Source of the DNA: an uncultured Chloroflexia bacterium
GTDB taxonomy: Bacteria > Chloroflexota > Limnocylindria > Limnocylindrales > CSP1-4
Length of the DNA stretch: 64,000 bases
NCBI GenBank assembly: GCA_963735865.1
Contig: CAVTML010000002.1
Span: forward strand, 519,668 to 583,667
Direction: 5' to 3'
Every line of letters begins with the position of its first letter. Within the stretch, counting starts at the first letter, position 1. The notes below the pieces were generated by a model. That model worked only from the letters and a program-made list of their open reading frames with translations. It made no database searches and was not told the origin of the DNA. This document shows positions 1 through 9,765 of the stretch, piece after piece. Made by a program: the position numbers and the translations under genes.

Positions 1-1328
1 ACGGCACGCCCGTGCTGATCTGCAAGGGTGCGCCCGAGGCGGTCCTGGCCCGTGCCACGCAGATGCGCGGCCCAGGTGGTGCCGCGCAGCCGCTGGAGGC
101 GGCGGAGCGGGCGGTCGTGGCGGGCCAGATCGCCGCCGCGGCGGCCCAGGGCCAGCGGTCGATCGCCGTCGCGACGCGCACCACCGACGTGGGCCCGGGG
201 CTCGTGGCGGCGGACGAACGCGACCTCGTGTTCGAGGGCCTGCTCCTGTTCAGCGACCCGCCCAAGGCGGGCATCGCCGAGACGCTGGAGGAGCTGCACA
301 CGCTGGACGTCGACCTGCGCATCGTCACGGGAGACGACGAGCTCGTCGCCCGCGCCGTCGCCCAGAACGTGGGCCTGCCGGTCCGCGGGGTCCTCACCGG
401 CCAGCAGATCGAAGGGCTGAGTCCGACCGCCTTCGTCGCGCGGGCCCAGGGTGCCACCATCTTCGCGCGCGTTGACCCCGACCAGAAGCTGCGCGTGATC
501 CAGGCCCTCCAGGAGCGCGGCGAGGTGGTGGGCTACCTGGGCGACGGCATCAACGACGCCCCGCCCCTGCACGTCGCCGACGTGGGCATCAGCGTCGACA
601 ACGCGACCGACGTGGCCCGCGCGGCGGCCGACGTGATCCTCCTCCAGGCCAGCCTGTCGGCCATCGCCCAGGGTGTCCGCGAGGGCCGCCGCACGTTCGG
701 CAACACCCTGAAGTACATCCGCATGGGCACCAGCTCCAACTTCGGCAACATGCTGAGCATGGCCGGAGCGGCCCTGATCCTGCCCTTCCTGCCGATGCTG
801 CCGAGCCAGATCCTGCTGAACAACCTGATCTACGACGCGTCCCAGACGGCCATCCCGGCCGACACCATCGACCCCGAGACGGAGCGGCAGCCGGCCCGCT
901 GGGACATCGGCGGCATCGAGCGCTTCATGGTCGTCTTCGGGCCCATCTCCTCGGTCTTCGACTACCTGACCTTCGGCCTCCTGCTGGCCGGGCTGGGCAG
1001 CTCCGAGGCGGCCTTCCACACCGGCTGGTTCATCGAGTCGCTGGCCACCCAGGTCCTCGTGATCTTCGTCATCAGGACCGGGCGGGTGCCCTTCTGGCGC
1101 AGTCGTCCGAGTCGCTGGCTGGTCGCCGCCGCCGTCATCGCCGTGGCCGTGGCCGTGGTCCTGCCGCTCAGCCCGCTCGGTGGCGTACTGGGCTTCGTCG
1201 CGCCGCCGCCGCTCTTCTGGCTCGTGCTGCCGGTCCTCGTGGTCAGCTACCTGGTGATGGTGGAGGCCGCCAAGTGGTTCCTCCTCCGGCGCGCTACCCT
1301 CGTCGGTGACCGTGCGATCCCCGTCTGA
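1..1328 (+). CDS. mgtA: Mg2+-transporting P-type ATPase (MgtA-like), C-terminal part; 5' end lies outside the window
   Basis: The frame is open from the window edge. It carries the KGAPE and [11 protein letters not shown]-type motifs. The segment [23 protein letters not shown] parallels E. coli MgtA LLIQNLLYDVSQVAIPFD, and C-terminal TM helices follow. Confidence 0.88.
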   Translation, partial: GTPVLICKGAPEAVLARATQMRGPGGAAQPLEAAERAVVAGQIAAAAAQGQRSIAVATRTTDVGPGLVAADERDLVFEGLLLFSDPPKAGIAETLEELHTLDVDLRIVTGDDELVARAVAQNVGLPVRGVLTGQQIEGLSPTAFVARAQGATIFARVDPDQKLRVIQALQERGEVVGYLGDGINDAPPLHVADVGISVDNATDVARAAADVILLQASLSAIAQGVREGRRTFGNTLKYIRMGTSSNFGNMLSMAGAALILPFLPMLPSQILLNNLIYDASQTAIPADTIDPETERQPARWDIGGIERFMVVFGPISSVFDYLTFGLLLAGLGSSEAAFHTGWFIESLATQVLVIFVIRTGRVPFWRSRPSRWLVAAAVIAVAVAVVLPLSPLGGVLGFVAPPPLFWLVLPVLVVSYLVMVEAAKWFLLRRATLVGDRAIPV

Positions 1329-3690
1329 CCCGACCCTGGCGCCCGACGAGGCGCGCCGCCTCGACGCGTACTGGCGAGCCGCCAACTACCTCTCGGTGGG
1401 CCAGATCTACCTCCTGGCCAACCCGCTGCTCCTGCAGCCGCTGCTGCCCGAACACATCAAGCCGCGCCTCCTGGGGCACTGGGGCACGACGCCGGGCCTC
1501 AACTTCATCTACGCCCACATGAACCGCGTCATCCGCAACTGGGACCTGGACGCCATCTACATCACCGGCCCGGGTCACGGCGGGCCCGGCCTCGTCGCCA
1601 ACGCCTATCTCGAGGGCACGTACAGCGAGGTCTACCCCGACATCACCCCCGACGGCGAGGGCATGCGCAAGCTGTTCCGCCAGTTCTCCTTCCCGGGCGG
1701 CATCCCCAGTCACGTCGCGCCCGAGACGCCCGGCTCCATCCACGAGGGCGGTGAGTTGGGCTACGCCCTGTCGCACGCCTTCGGGGCGGCCTTCGACAAC
1801 CCCGACCTTGTGGTCTGCTGCGTCATCGGCGATGGCGAGGCCGAGACGGGCCCCCTCGCCACGAGCTGGCACTCCAACAAGTTCCTGTCGCCGGTCCGCG
1901 ACGGGGCCGTCCTGCCCATCCTCCACCTCAACGGCTACAAGATCGACAACCCGACCGTCTTGGCGCGCATCCCCGACGGCGAGCTGCGGGCCCTGCTGGA
2001 GGGCTACGGCTACGACCCGGTCTTCGTGACCGCCGAGGAGCCGGCGCGGGCGCACCAGGACATGGCTCGTGTCATGGACCAGGTCATCGCCACGATCCAG
2101 CGGATCCAGCGGGCGGCGCGAGAGGAGGGCGCGACCGAGCGGCCGCGCTGGCCGATGATCGTGCTGCGCAGCCCCAAGGGCTGGACCGGGCCAGCCGTCG
2201 TCGACGGGCTCCCCGTCGAGGGCACGTGGCGCGCCCACCAGGTGCCGCTCGGCGAGGTGCGCACCAACCCCGAGCACCTGCGCCTGCTCGAGACGTGGAT
2301 GCGGAGCTACCACCCCGAGGAGCTGTTCGACGAACACGGGAGCCTGGTGCCGGAGCTGGCCGACCTGCCACCCAGGCGCTACCGCCGCATGAGCGCCAAC
2401 CCCCACGCCAACGGCGGCCTCCTGCTGCGCGACCTGAGCCTGCCCGACTTCCGGACCTATGGCGTGCCGGCCGAGTCACCCGGCGCGACCTCGAGCGAGG
2501 CGACCAGGATCCTGGGCGGCTTCATCCGCGACGTGATCACGGCCAACCCGTCGACCTTCCGCCTCTTCGGCCCGGACGAGACGGCCTCCAACCGGCTGGG
2601 GGCCGTGTTCGAGACCACCGACCGCCAGTTCGAGGGGCAGCTCCTGGCGACCGACGAGCACCAGGCGCCGCAGGGCCGGGTGATGGAGGTGCTCTCGGAG
2701 CACCAGTGCGAGGGCTGGCTGGAGGGCTACTTGCTGACCGGGCGCCACGGCCTGTTCGACTGCTACGAGGCCTTCATCCACATCATCGACTCGATGTTCA
2801 ACCAGCACGCCAAGTGGCTGAAGGTGACCAACGGGATCCCCTGGCGTCGGCCCATCGCCTCCCTCAACTACCTCCTCTCGTCGCTCGTATGGCGGCAGGA
2901 CCACAACGGCTTCTCCCACCAGGACCCAGGCTTCATCGACCACGTCGTCAACAAGAAGGCGGAGGTCGTGCGGGTCTACCTGCCGCCCGACACGAATACC
3001 CTCCTGAGCGTCGCCGACCACTGCCTGCGCAGCCGCCAGTACGTCAACCTGATCGTGGCCGGCAAGCAGCCGTCACCGGACTGGCTGACGATGGACCAGG
3101 CCGTCCTCCACTGCACACGTGGCATCGGCATGTGGGACTGGGCCAGCAACGACCAGGGGGGCGAGCCGGACGTGGTGATGGCCTGCTGCGGCGACACGCC
3201 CACGCTCGAGACACTGGCCGCCGTGGACCTGCTGCGCCAGCACGTCCCCGACGTGAAGGTGCGCGTCGTGAACGTCGTCGACCTGATGCGCCTGCAGCCC
3301 GCCAGCGAGCATCCGCACGGCCTCTCGGACACGGAGTTCGACGCCCTCTTCACGGCCGACCGGCCGGTCGTGTTCGCCTACCACGGCTACCCCTGGCTCA
3401 TCCACCGCCTCACGTACCGGCGCACGAACCACGCCAACATCCACGTGCGCGGCTACAAGGAGGAAGGGACGACCACGACGCCCTTCGACATGGTGATGCT
3501 CAACGACCTGGACCGCTTCCACCTCGTGATGGACGTCATCGATCGCGTGCCGGGGCTGGCCGCGCGGGCCGGCCACCTTCGCCAGGCGATGGTCGACCGG
3601 CGCGTGGAGTGCCGCGCCTACACCCGTCGCGTGGGCGACGACCCCCAGGACATCCGCGACTGGACATGGGGCCGCCCCGTCGGCGGATGA
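1306..3690 (+). CDS. xfp: Xylulose-5-phosphate/fructose-6-phosphate phosphoketolase
   Basis: 794-aa ORF. Motifs [28 protein letters not shown] and [15 protein letters not shown] (TPP-binding type) are seen, and the length is typical for Xfp. The GTG start overlaps the mgtA stop. Confidence 0.93.
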   Translation: MTVRSPSDPTLAPDEARRLDAYWRAANYLSVGQIYLLANPLLLQPLLPEHIKPRLLGHWGTTPGLNFIYAHMNRVIRNWDLDAIYITGPGHGGPGLVANAYLEGTYSEVYPDITPDGEGMRKLFRQFSFPGGIPSHVAPETPGSIHEGGELGYALSHAFGAAFDNPDLVVCCVIGDGEAETGPLATSWHSNKFLSPVRDGAVLPILHLNGYKIDNPTVLARIPDGELRALLEGYGYDPVFVTAEEPARAHQDMARVMDQVIATIQRIQRAAREEGATERPRWPMIVLRSPKGWTGPAVVDGLPVEGTWRAHQVPLGEVRTNPEHLRLLETWMRSYHPEELFDEHGSLVPELADLPPRRYRRMSANPHANGGLLLRDLSLPDFRTYGVPAESPGATSSEATRILGGFIRDVITANPSTFRLFGPDETASNRLGAVFETTDRQFEGQLLATDEHQAPQGRVMEVLSEHQCEGWLEGYLLTGRHGLFDCYEAFIHIIDSMFNQHAKWLKVTNGIPWRRPIASLNYLLSSLVWRQDHNGFSHQDPGFIDHVVNKKAEVVRVYLPPDTNTLLSVADHCLRSRQYVNLIVAGKQPSPDWLTMDQAVLHCTRGIGMWDWASNDQGGEPDVVMACCGDTPTLETLAAVDLLRQHVPDVKVRVVNVVDLMRLQPASEHPHGLSDTEFDALFTADRPVVFAYHGYPWLIHRLTYRRTNHANIHVRGYKEEGTTTTPFDMVMLNDLDRFHLVMDVIDRVPGLAARAGHLRQAMVDRRVECRAYTRRVGDDPQDIRDWTWGRPVGG

Positions 3691-4808
3691 GCAGCCCCCG
3701 GCAGATCCTCATCGTCAACGCCGGCTCGAGCAGCCTGAAGCTGCGGCGCCTTGACGCGCACGACCATCTCCTGGCGAGCCACGACCTCGGCATGACGCGC
3801 GGGACGGTCGACCGCCCCGCCCTTGCCGAGGCGCTCGCGGGTGCGGCGCCGCCCGACGCCATCGGCCACCGCATCGTGCACGGCGGCCGCCGGTACCTGG
3901 GGCCGGTGCGCCTGGATGCGGCGGTCGAGCGGGACCTCCGCCAGCTGGTCGATCTGGCGCCGCTCCACCAGCCCAAGTCGATCGATGCCCTCGAGGCGGT
4001 CAAGGCCATCTACCCGGACGTGCCTGCGGTGGCCTCGTTCGATACGGCCTTCCACGCCGCGATGCCCGCGGCGGCCACGACCTACGCCCTGCCGCGCGAA
4101 TGGCGGGAGCGCTGGGACCTGCGGCGCTACGGGTTCCACGGCCTCTCCCACGCCTACGCCACGCGGCGGGTGGGGGAGCTGCTCGGGCAGCCGCCGACGG
4201 CCTTCCGCGCCGTGATCTGCCACCTGGGGGCGGGCGCCTCGCTGGCCGCCGTCGCCGGCGGGGTGTCGGTGGACACGACGATGGGCTTCACGCCGCTCGA
4301 GGGCCTCGTGATGGCCACTCGATCGGGCAGCGTCGACCCCGGGCTCCTGATGTGGCTCCAGGAGCACGTCGGCATGCCCGCCCAGGAGATGGCGGCCACG
4401 CTCGAGAACCGCGCCGGGCTTCTTGGTCTCAGCGGGACCGCCGACATGGCGGTCTTGATCGACCGGGCCGCGGCCGGCGATCCGGTGGCCAGCACCGCGC
4501 TGGCCGTGTACGTCCACCGGCTGCGCGCGGCGGTCGCGGCCATGACCGCGGCCATGGGCGGGCTCGATGTCCTGGTCTTCACCGGCGGGGTCGGCGAGCA
4601 CGCCCCGGCCGTCCGCGCGGCGGCCTGCGAGGGCCTGGCCTTCCTGGGGGTCCGCCACGACCCCGTCGCCAACGAGCGCGCGGCGGCGCGGGGATCGCCG
4701 GACCGGGAGATCGGGCTGCCCGGCGCGCCGGTCCGCGTGTACGTCATCGAGGCCCGCGAGGACCTCCAGATGGCCCACGAGGTGCGCCAGGTCCTGGCCC
4801 GCGGCTGA
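3687..4808 (+). CDS. ackA: Acetate kinase
   Basis: The internal ATG at 3687 overlaps the xfp stop (ATGA). The N-terminus [13 protein letters not shown], plus HRIVHGG, GFHGLSH and FTGGVGEH, are acetate/propionate kinase signatures. About 373 aa. Confidence 0.93.
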   Translation: MSSPRQILIVNAGSSSLKLRRLDAHDHLLASHDLGMTRGTVDRPALAEALAGAAPPDAIGHRIVHGGRRYLGPVRLDAAVERDLRQLVDLAPLHQPKSIDALEAVKAIYPDVPAVASFDTAFHAAMPAAATTYALPREWRERWDLRRYGFHGLSHAYATRRVGELLGQPPTAFRAVICHLGAGASLAAVAGGVSVDTTMGFTPLEGLVMATRSGSVDPGLLMWLQEHVGMPAQEMAATLENRAGLLGLSGTADMAVLIDRAAAGDPVASTALAVYVHRLRAAVAAMTAAMGGLDVLVFTGGVGEHAPAVRAAACEGLAFLGVRHDPVANERAAARGSPDREIGLPGAPVRVYVIEAREDLQMAHEVRQVLARG

Positions 4809-5102
4809 CCCCGTGGCGGCTCGGCCCGCGCCGCCACCGCTGCGTCGAGGTGACGTGTGGCCTGCGGGATGGTGACCGAGGACCGTTGCCCCGCGCGCCG
4901 CGCCGCCCCTAGCCTCGCGTCGAGCCCGAAGGGGCGCGCAGCACAGACCACCGATCTAGCCTGGGGCATCGGCCTCGGGAAGCTCCCGGGCGCGAGGTCC
5001 GTAGGGCGACACCGCGCATCTCTCCCGGGTCCACGGCGGACGACCCCCACCAGGTCGCCGTCTTCTGGTCGGTCGTCGGCGCCGGTCCCTCCGGGCCCTT
5101 TC

Positions 5103-5543
5103 CTAGGCGGTGCTGAGGGCCCAGGCGGCGACGCGTTCCAGCTCACCCGCCTCGAGCGTCGGCGGCGTGACGCGGGTCACGAAGAAGCTCTCCGGCGGGG
5201 TCACCGTGCGTGCGCCGGCGCGTCGCAGGAGCGAGGCCGCAGCGGCCGCGGCGGATCCGGTCAGCAGGCGCGACATGCGGAAGCGCGTGTCGAACGTGGC
5301 CGCGCGCATCCCGGCCAGGGAGCCTCGCGGCAGGGCGTGCAGGGCCTCCTTGAGCGGGGCGGATGCGCCGTGGGCATGCGTCGGGCCGCCGACGAGCAGC
5401 AGGTCGACGCCGGCCAGGTCCCCGATGCCCTCGGTGGCGAACCGGAGGTCCACGGTATTGCCGGCGGCCAGAGCGGTCTGCGCGGCGCGTGCCACCTGGG
5501 CCGTGTTGCCGAACTTGGAGTCGCAGACGATCACGACGTGCAT
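5103..5543 (-). CDS. Flavodoxin-family protein
   Basis: 146 aa. The N-terminus MHVVIVCDSKFGNTAQVA is a flavodoxin-like FMN-binding start. An AAGGAG Shine-Dalgarno (SD) sequence lies just upstream. Divergent from the Fd-GltD-like gene. Confidence 0.75.
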   Translation of the reverse strand: MHVVIVCDSKFGNTAQVARAAQTALAAGNTVDLRFATEGIGDLAGVDLLLVGGPTHAHGASAPLKEALHALPRGSLAGMRAATFDTRFRMSRLLTGSAAAAAASLLRRAGARTVTPPESFFVTRVTPPTLEAGELERVAAWALSTA

Positions 5544-5791
5544 GGGCTCTCTCCTTTGTGGCGCCTCGTCGAGCCCATCAGGGTCGGGCTCGACGCGCGC
5601 TCCGGACCGACCGGCGCACCGGCTGGCCGTCCAAGGGTGAGCCTAGGGTCCCGGACGCGCCGCGTCGCGGGTCATCCGGCCTCAGATGGGGGGCCGCAGG
5701 GCCCGGAACCGCACCGGTCGACGAACGATCGGCTTGTGGAGCGCGCGAGTGCGACGGCCTCGTGCGCGCGGAAGGGCCGGAGTACTCTTCC

Positions 5792-5811
5792 TTCGGGACC
5801 TTTGGCCCGCC
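5792..5811. promoter_or_regulatory. Candidate DosR/NarL-type operator (TTCGGGACCTTTGGCCCGCC)
   Basis: By hand count, 15 of 20 positions match the M. tuberculosis DosR consensus TTSGGGACTWWAGTCCCSAA. The half-site GGGACC recurs inverted (GGTCCC) at 5647-5652. Both lie in the 316-nt divergent intergenic region. Confidence 0.25.
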
Positions 5812-5858
5812 GGGGCAGCGCCCGTCCTCCCCTAAGGTCCAGCGAATCGGAGGGCGTG

Positions 5859-7798
5859 ATGGGCTACCGCATCACCATCGACAACGGCGGCTGCATCAAC
5901 TGCGGGATTTGCATGGACGTCTGCCCGGTGCAGGCGTTGGACATGACCCGCCCCACGCGAGCCGGGGTCGAGCTCTCGGGCGGCCCCGGGGCGCCGCTCC
6001 GCTGGATGATGGAGTACCCGGTCCAGACCGGCGAATGCATCGGCTGCACGATGTGCGTCAACGAGTGCCCGGTCTCCGTTGTCCATCTCGACTCCGTGGC
6101 TGGCTCGACGTCCCTCGCGGCGTCGCAGGGCCCCATCACCCTGGCCGCCGCCCCGAGCGACGGGTGGGTGCCCCTTTCCGCCGTTACCCGGGAGGGGCTC
6201 AAGCCGCACCATCCGTCGCCCTTCGGGCCGTGGTATCGCTGGCATACCCGCGCCGACGTACCAAGGCGCCCGGCGTGGCTCGGGCATCGCGAGATCGCGC
6301 CGGCGCCGGTCGCGCCCTGCCAGGCGGCGTGCCCCGCCGGCACCGATGCGGCCCGCTACGTCGGCCTGCTGGCGGAGGGGCGCAACGACGAGGCCTACGC
6401 CGTGGCCGCCGAGGTCAATCCGTTCCCCGCCGTGTGCGGCTGGATCTGCACGGCGCCGTGCGAGTCGGCCTGCCGCCGTGGCGTGCTCGACGAGCCCATC
6501 GCCATCCGGACCCTGAAGCGCTTCGCGGTCGAGCATGGCCGCCTGCCTGCCATCGAGAAGCCGGCACCCATGCGCGAAGGCAGGGTCGGCATCGTCGGCG
6601 GGGGGCCGGCCGGCATGTCGGCGGCGTACTACCTCGCCCGGCTCGGCTATCCCGTCACGGTCTTCGAGGCGATGCCCGTGCCCGGCGGCATGATGGCCAT
6701 CGGGATCCCCGAGTACCGCCTGCCGCGGGCGGCGCTGCGCGCCGAGATCCAGCGCATCCTGGACCTGGGCGTGGAGCTTCGCCTGGGCAGCGTCATGGGG
6801 CGTGACTTCACTCTCGCCGACCTGGAAGCACAGGGCTTCAAGGCCATCTTCCTGGCGACCGGGGCGTCACGGAGCCGCCCGCTTGGCGTCCCCGGGGACG
6901 ACCTCCCGGGCGTCGTCCCCGCCACCGTGTTCCTGAAGGAGACCAACATCGGCGAGCCACCGGCCCTGTCGGGCGCGGTCGTCGTGGTGGGCGGCGGCAG
7001 CACGGCCATGGACGCGGCGCGGTCCGCCCTGCGCTCAGGGGCGGCAAGCGTGACGGTCGTCTACCGCCGGCGCCGCGAGGACATGCCGGCCCAGCACGAG
7101 GAGGTCGAGGCGGCGGAGCGGGAGGGCGTCCGCTTCATGTTCGAGAGCGCGCCCGACCGGGTAGTGGGGGAGGCCGCCGTGACCGGCCTGGCCGTGCGGC
7201 GCCAGGCGCCGGGCAACGCAGGAGCCGCCGCGGCCGACGGATCGTCGCCGACGCCCCCGCGGATATCGTGCCGGCCGCCACCATCCTGGTGGCGATCGGC
7301 GAGGAGCCGGACCCGTCGATCCTCCCCGAAGGGGCTGGCATCGAGGTGACCGCGACGGCCGCGATCGCCACGGACCCGGGCACGCTCGCCACGGGCCGGG
7401 CCGGTGTGTTCGCCGGCGGCGACGTCGTGTCGGGACCCAAGACGATCATCGACGCGGTCGCCGCGGGACGCCGCGCCGCCGGCTCCATCCACGGCTACCT
7501 GGCGGGCGTCGCCGATGGCGAGGCGGCTGTGATGGCCGCCGTGCGCTACCGGACCGCCACCCCGGACGTCCTGCCGCTGGACCTCGCCGTCCGGCCGCGG
7601 GCCCGTGCGCCGCTGCCGATGTTCGAGCCCGGCTCGTTCGCGGCGACCCAGCAGGGGTTCGAACCGGTCATGGCGCAGGCCGAGGCGGCCCGCTGCTTCC
7701 GCTGCGATGCGGTCCACCGCTGCGGTGACGTCCGGGTCACCGCGGGCCGGCAAGTCAAGGCGACCGCCGAGGTCGCTACCCCAGGAGGACGGTCATGA
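5859..7798 (+). pseudogene. 2x[4Fe-4S] ferredoxin domain fused to a GltD-like NAD(P)H/FAD oxidoreductase; reading frame broken near 7205-7245
   Basis: CINCGICMDVCP and CIGCTMCVNECP are ferredoxin motifs. CQAACPAG..CTAPCESACRR is a GltD/DPD-type Fe-S region, and VGIVGGGPAGMSAAYYL is a Rossmann motif. The C-terminal part (ADIVPAATILVAIGEEPD..GGDVVSGPKTIIDAVAAGRRAA) continues in a different frame (ORF 7268..7798). Confidence 0.8.
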
Positions 7799-8412
7799 CG
7801 CCAGATCAGGTCTCGGCGTTCTTCGACGCCGGCGAGAGCTTCGTCGAAGGCACCATCGCGGCGGCGCTCGTCGCCCTCTGGATCCTGGCCCTGTCTCTGC
7901 ACGTGGCGCGCCCGTACATGGTCGCCAACCTGCACAAGTTCACGCTCCGCCTGGGCGCCGACCTGTGGTGGATCGTCTACGTCGCCCTCCGCGACCTCAT
8001 CCTGGTGCAGGTCTTCCTGGGCAGCTTCATCTTCTTCTACCCGGACGTGGTGGCCGGCAAGGACCTGCCCGTGACGGGCGGATTGGCCGCGGCCTGCGCC
8101 TTCGCCGTGCTGCTCATGAAGCTCGTCTCGCCGGGTGACTCGCACCTCGGCTGGTTCCGCTGGCAGACGCTCCTGATCGGCCTGGGGACGACGTTGTACG
8201 TGGTGCCCTACGTCCTCGGCGTGCAGCTCACCAACATCGACGACCCGACGGCCAAGCAGATCGCCTCGATCATGGTCAGCTCCCAGAACACGGACTGGAG
8301 CCTGCCCCTCTGCTACCTCTCGGCGGCCCTCGTGGGGGCCATGGGCATCGCCGCCGTCGTCTACAACCTGCGCCGGGCTACCGACCGCAAGTCGCAGGCC
8401 GTCGAGGCCTAG
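7795..8412 (+). CDS. Unknown multi-TM membrane protein, paralog A
   Basis: 205 aa with several hydrophobic helices. Its ATG overlaps the upstream stop (ATGA). It shares the block LHVARPYM..TLRLGADLWWIVYVALRD with the next gene. I recognise no family. Confidence 0.7.
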   Translation: MTPDQVSAFFDAGESFVEGTIAAALVALWILALSLHVARPYMVANLHKFTLRLGADLWWIVYVALRDLILVQVFLGSFIFFYPDVVAGKDLPVTGGLAAACAFAVLLMKLVSPGDSHLGWFRWQTLLIGLGTTLYVVPYVLGVQLTNIDDPTAKQIASIMVSSQNTDWSLPLCYLSAALVGAMGIAAVVYNLRRATDRKSQAVEA

Positions 8413-8421
8413 GAGACCACC

Positions 8422-9072
8422 GTGAACGCACAAGACTTCACCGACGCGCTCGTCAACGGCGGCGAGGGTTGGCTGGTCCTCTCGGTGGCCGCCGTCCTGC
8501 CCATGCTGTGGACCTTCACCCTGATCCTCCACTTCTCCCGCCCCTACGTCATCCGCTTCCTGGGCACCCTGACGCTGCGGTTCGGGGGCGACGTGTGGTG
8601 GCTGTCCTACGTCCTGATGCGAGACGCGCTGCTGCTGGTGACGCTGACCCTGAGCATCGTCTTCCTGATGCCGAATCTCTACATCGGCCTGGGGTTGCCC
8701 CTGACCGCGCCGCTCGCCACGGTCATCCTGATGTGGGCCCTGGTCGTCAAGCTGCTGCGCGATGCCGACGACGACCCGCAGGCGTTCACGATCGTCAGCG
8801 TGCTGATGGTCGTCGCGTCGGTGCTCTACATCGTGCCCCAGATCTACGGCCTCGAGGCGGCCGACCAGGTCGACCGGCTGAACGCGTTCGCTGGCCTGGG
8901 AGGCATCCCGGCCGCGCTCTCGGCCGCATCGGATGCCGGCACGAACGCCCTGGCCTGGCCGATCCTGGGCCTGAGCCTCGTGCTCTTCGCCCTGACGGGT
9001 GGGTTCCTCTTCGTGCGCTTCCTCGTGGGCCTGGGACGCGAGCGCCCGAGCGAGGACGCGGCCGCCGCCTGA
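8422..9072 (+). CDS. Unknown multi-TM membrane protein, paralog B
   Basis: 216 aa, starting 9 nt after paralog A. It carries LHFSRPYV..TLRFGGDVWWLSYVLMRD, aligned with paralog A. Hydrophobic throughout. Confidence 0.7.
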   Translation: MNAQDFTDALVNGGEGWLVLSVAAVLPMLWTFTLILHFSRPYVIRFLGTLTLRFGGDVWWLSYVLMRDALLLVTLTLSIVFLMPNLYIGLGLPLTAPLATVILMWALVVKLLRDADDDPQAFTIVSVLMVVASVLYIVPQIYGLEAADQVDRLNAFAGLGGIPAALSAASDAGTNALAWPILGLSLVLFALTGGFLFVRFLVGLGRERPSEDAAAA

Positions 9073-9084
9073 GGCGGCAGATCG

Positions 9085-9765
9085 TCAGTCGGGCGCGCCC
9101 GGGAACCGGTGTTTGGCGACGAACGCGGCGGCCTGGGCGCGGCGCTCCAGGTTCAGCTTGGAGAGGATCGAGCTGACGTAGTTCTTGACCGTCTTCTCGG
9201 AGAGGAAGACCTCCGCGGCGATCTCGCGGTTGGTCTTGCCCTCGGCCACCAGGCTGAGGATGCGGCGCTCCTGCTGGGTGAGCTGGGCGTACTCGTCGGG
9301 CTCGCCGTCGGTGGCGATGCGCCGGATGCGCTCCAGGACCTGTGCAGTCACCGCCGGATCCAGGAGCGACTCACCGCGGGCGACCGTCTCCAGGGCGGAC
9401 ACGAGGTCGCGGGCCCGGATCTGCTTGAGGAGGTAGCCGCTGGCACCGGCGATGATGGCCGACATCACGGCCTCCTCATCGGGGTAGCTGGTCAGCATCA
9501 CGACGCGCGTGGCCGGCATCTCGGCCCGGATCTCGCGGCAGGCCTCGATGCCCGACCCGTCCGGCAGCCGCACGTCCATGACCACCAGGTCGGGCTGGTA
9601 GCGGCGCGCCTGGGAGATGGCCTCGGCCACGGTGCCCGCCTCCGCCACCACCTGGATGCCGGGTCGCCGGCTGAGCATCGCCACGAGCCCCTGGCGGACC
9701 ACTTCGTGGTCGTCGACCACCAGGAGGCGGATCGACGCGGTGGCGTCGGCGCTCACGCCGGTCAC
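9085..9765 (-). CDS. LuxR/NarL-family response regulator (DosR/DevR-like)
   Basis: The receiver is LLVVDDHEVVRQGL..DLVVMDVRLPDGSG. The C-terminal HTH is LTQQERRILSLVAEGKTNREIAAEVFLSEKTVKNYVSSIL. The GTG start overlaps the kinase stop. Confidence 0.92.
   Translation of the reverse strand: MTGVSADATASIRLLVVDDHEVVRQGLVAMLSRRPGIQVVAEAGTVAEAISQARRYQPDLVVMDVRLPDGSGIEACREIRAEMPATRVVMLTSYPDEEAVMSAIIAGASGYLLKQIRARDLVSALETVARGESLLDPAVTAQVLERIRRIATDGEPDEYAQLTQQERRILSLVAEGKTNREIAAEVFLSEKTVKNYVSSILSKLNLERRAQAAAFVAKHRFPGAPD

Noticed and set aside
2226-3686. N-terminal 487 codons of the 860-aa ORF 2226..4808
   Set aside because: It is out of frame inside the phosphoketolase gene and Arg/Pro/Gly-rich. Only the part from the ATG at 3687 (acetate kinase) is real.
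4811-4840. Terminator after ackA (GTGGCGG..CCGCCAC)
   Set aside because: The stem is only 7 bp with an 11-nt loop and no T-tract. This is too weak to call in GC-rich DNA.
4857-5858. Long N-terminal extension of the Fd-GltD ORF
   Set aside because: It is Arg/Gly/Ala-rich with no domain. It overlaps the flavodoxin gene on the other strand and the divergent promoter region. The ATG at 5859 has a GGAGGG SD sequence and begins the ferredoxin domain.
7200-7270. Programmed ribosomal frameshift in the flavoprotein gene
   Set aside because: There is no X XXY YYZ slippery heptamer or poly-A/T tract, and no obvious downstream pseudoknot. Several other genes in the window carry similar single-base breaks, so an indel is the simpler explanation.
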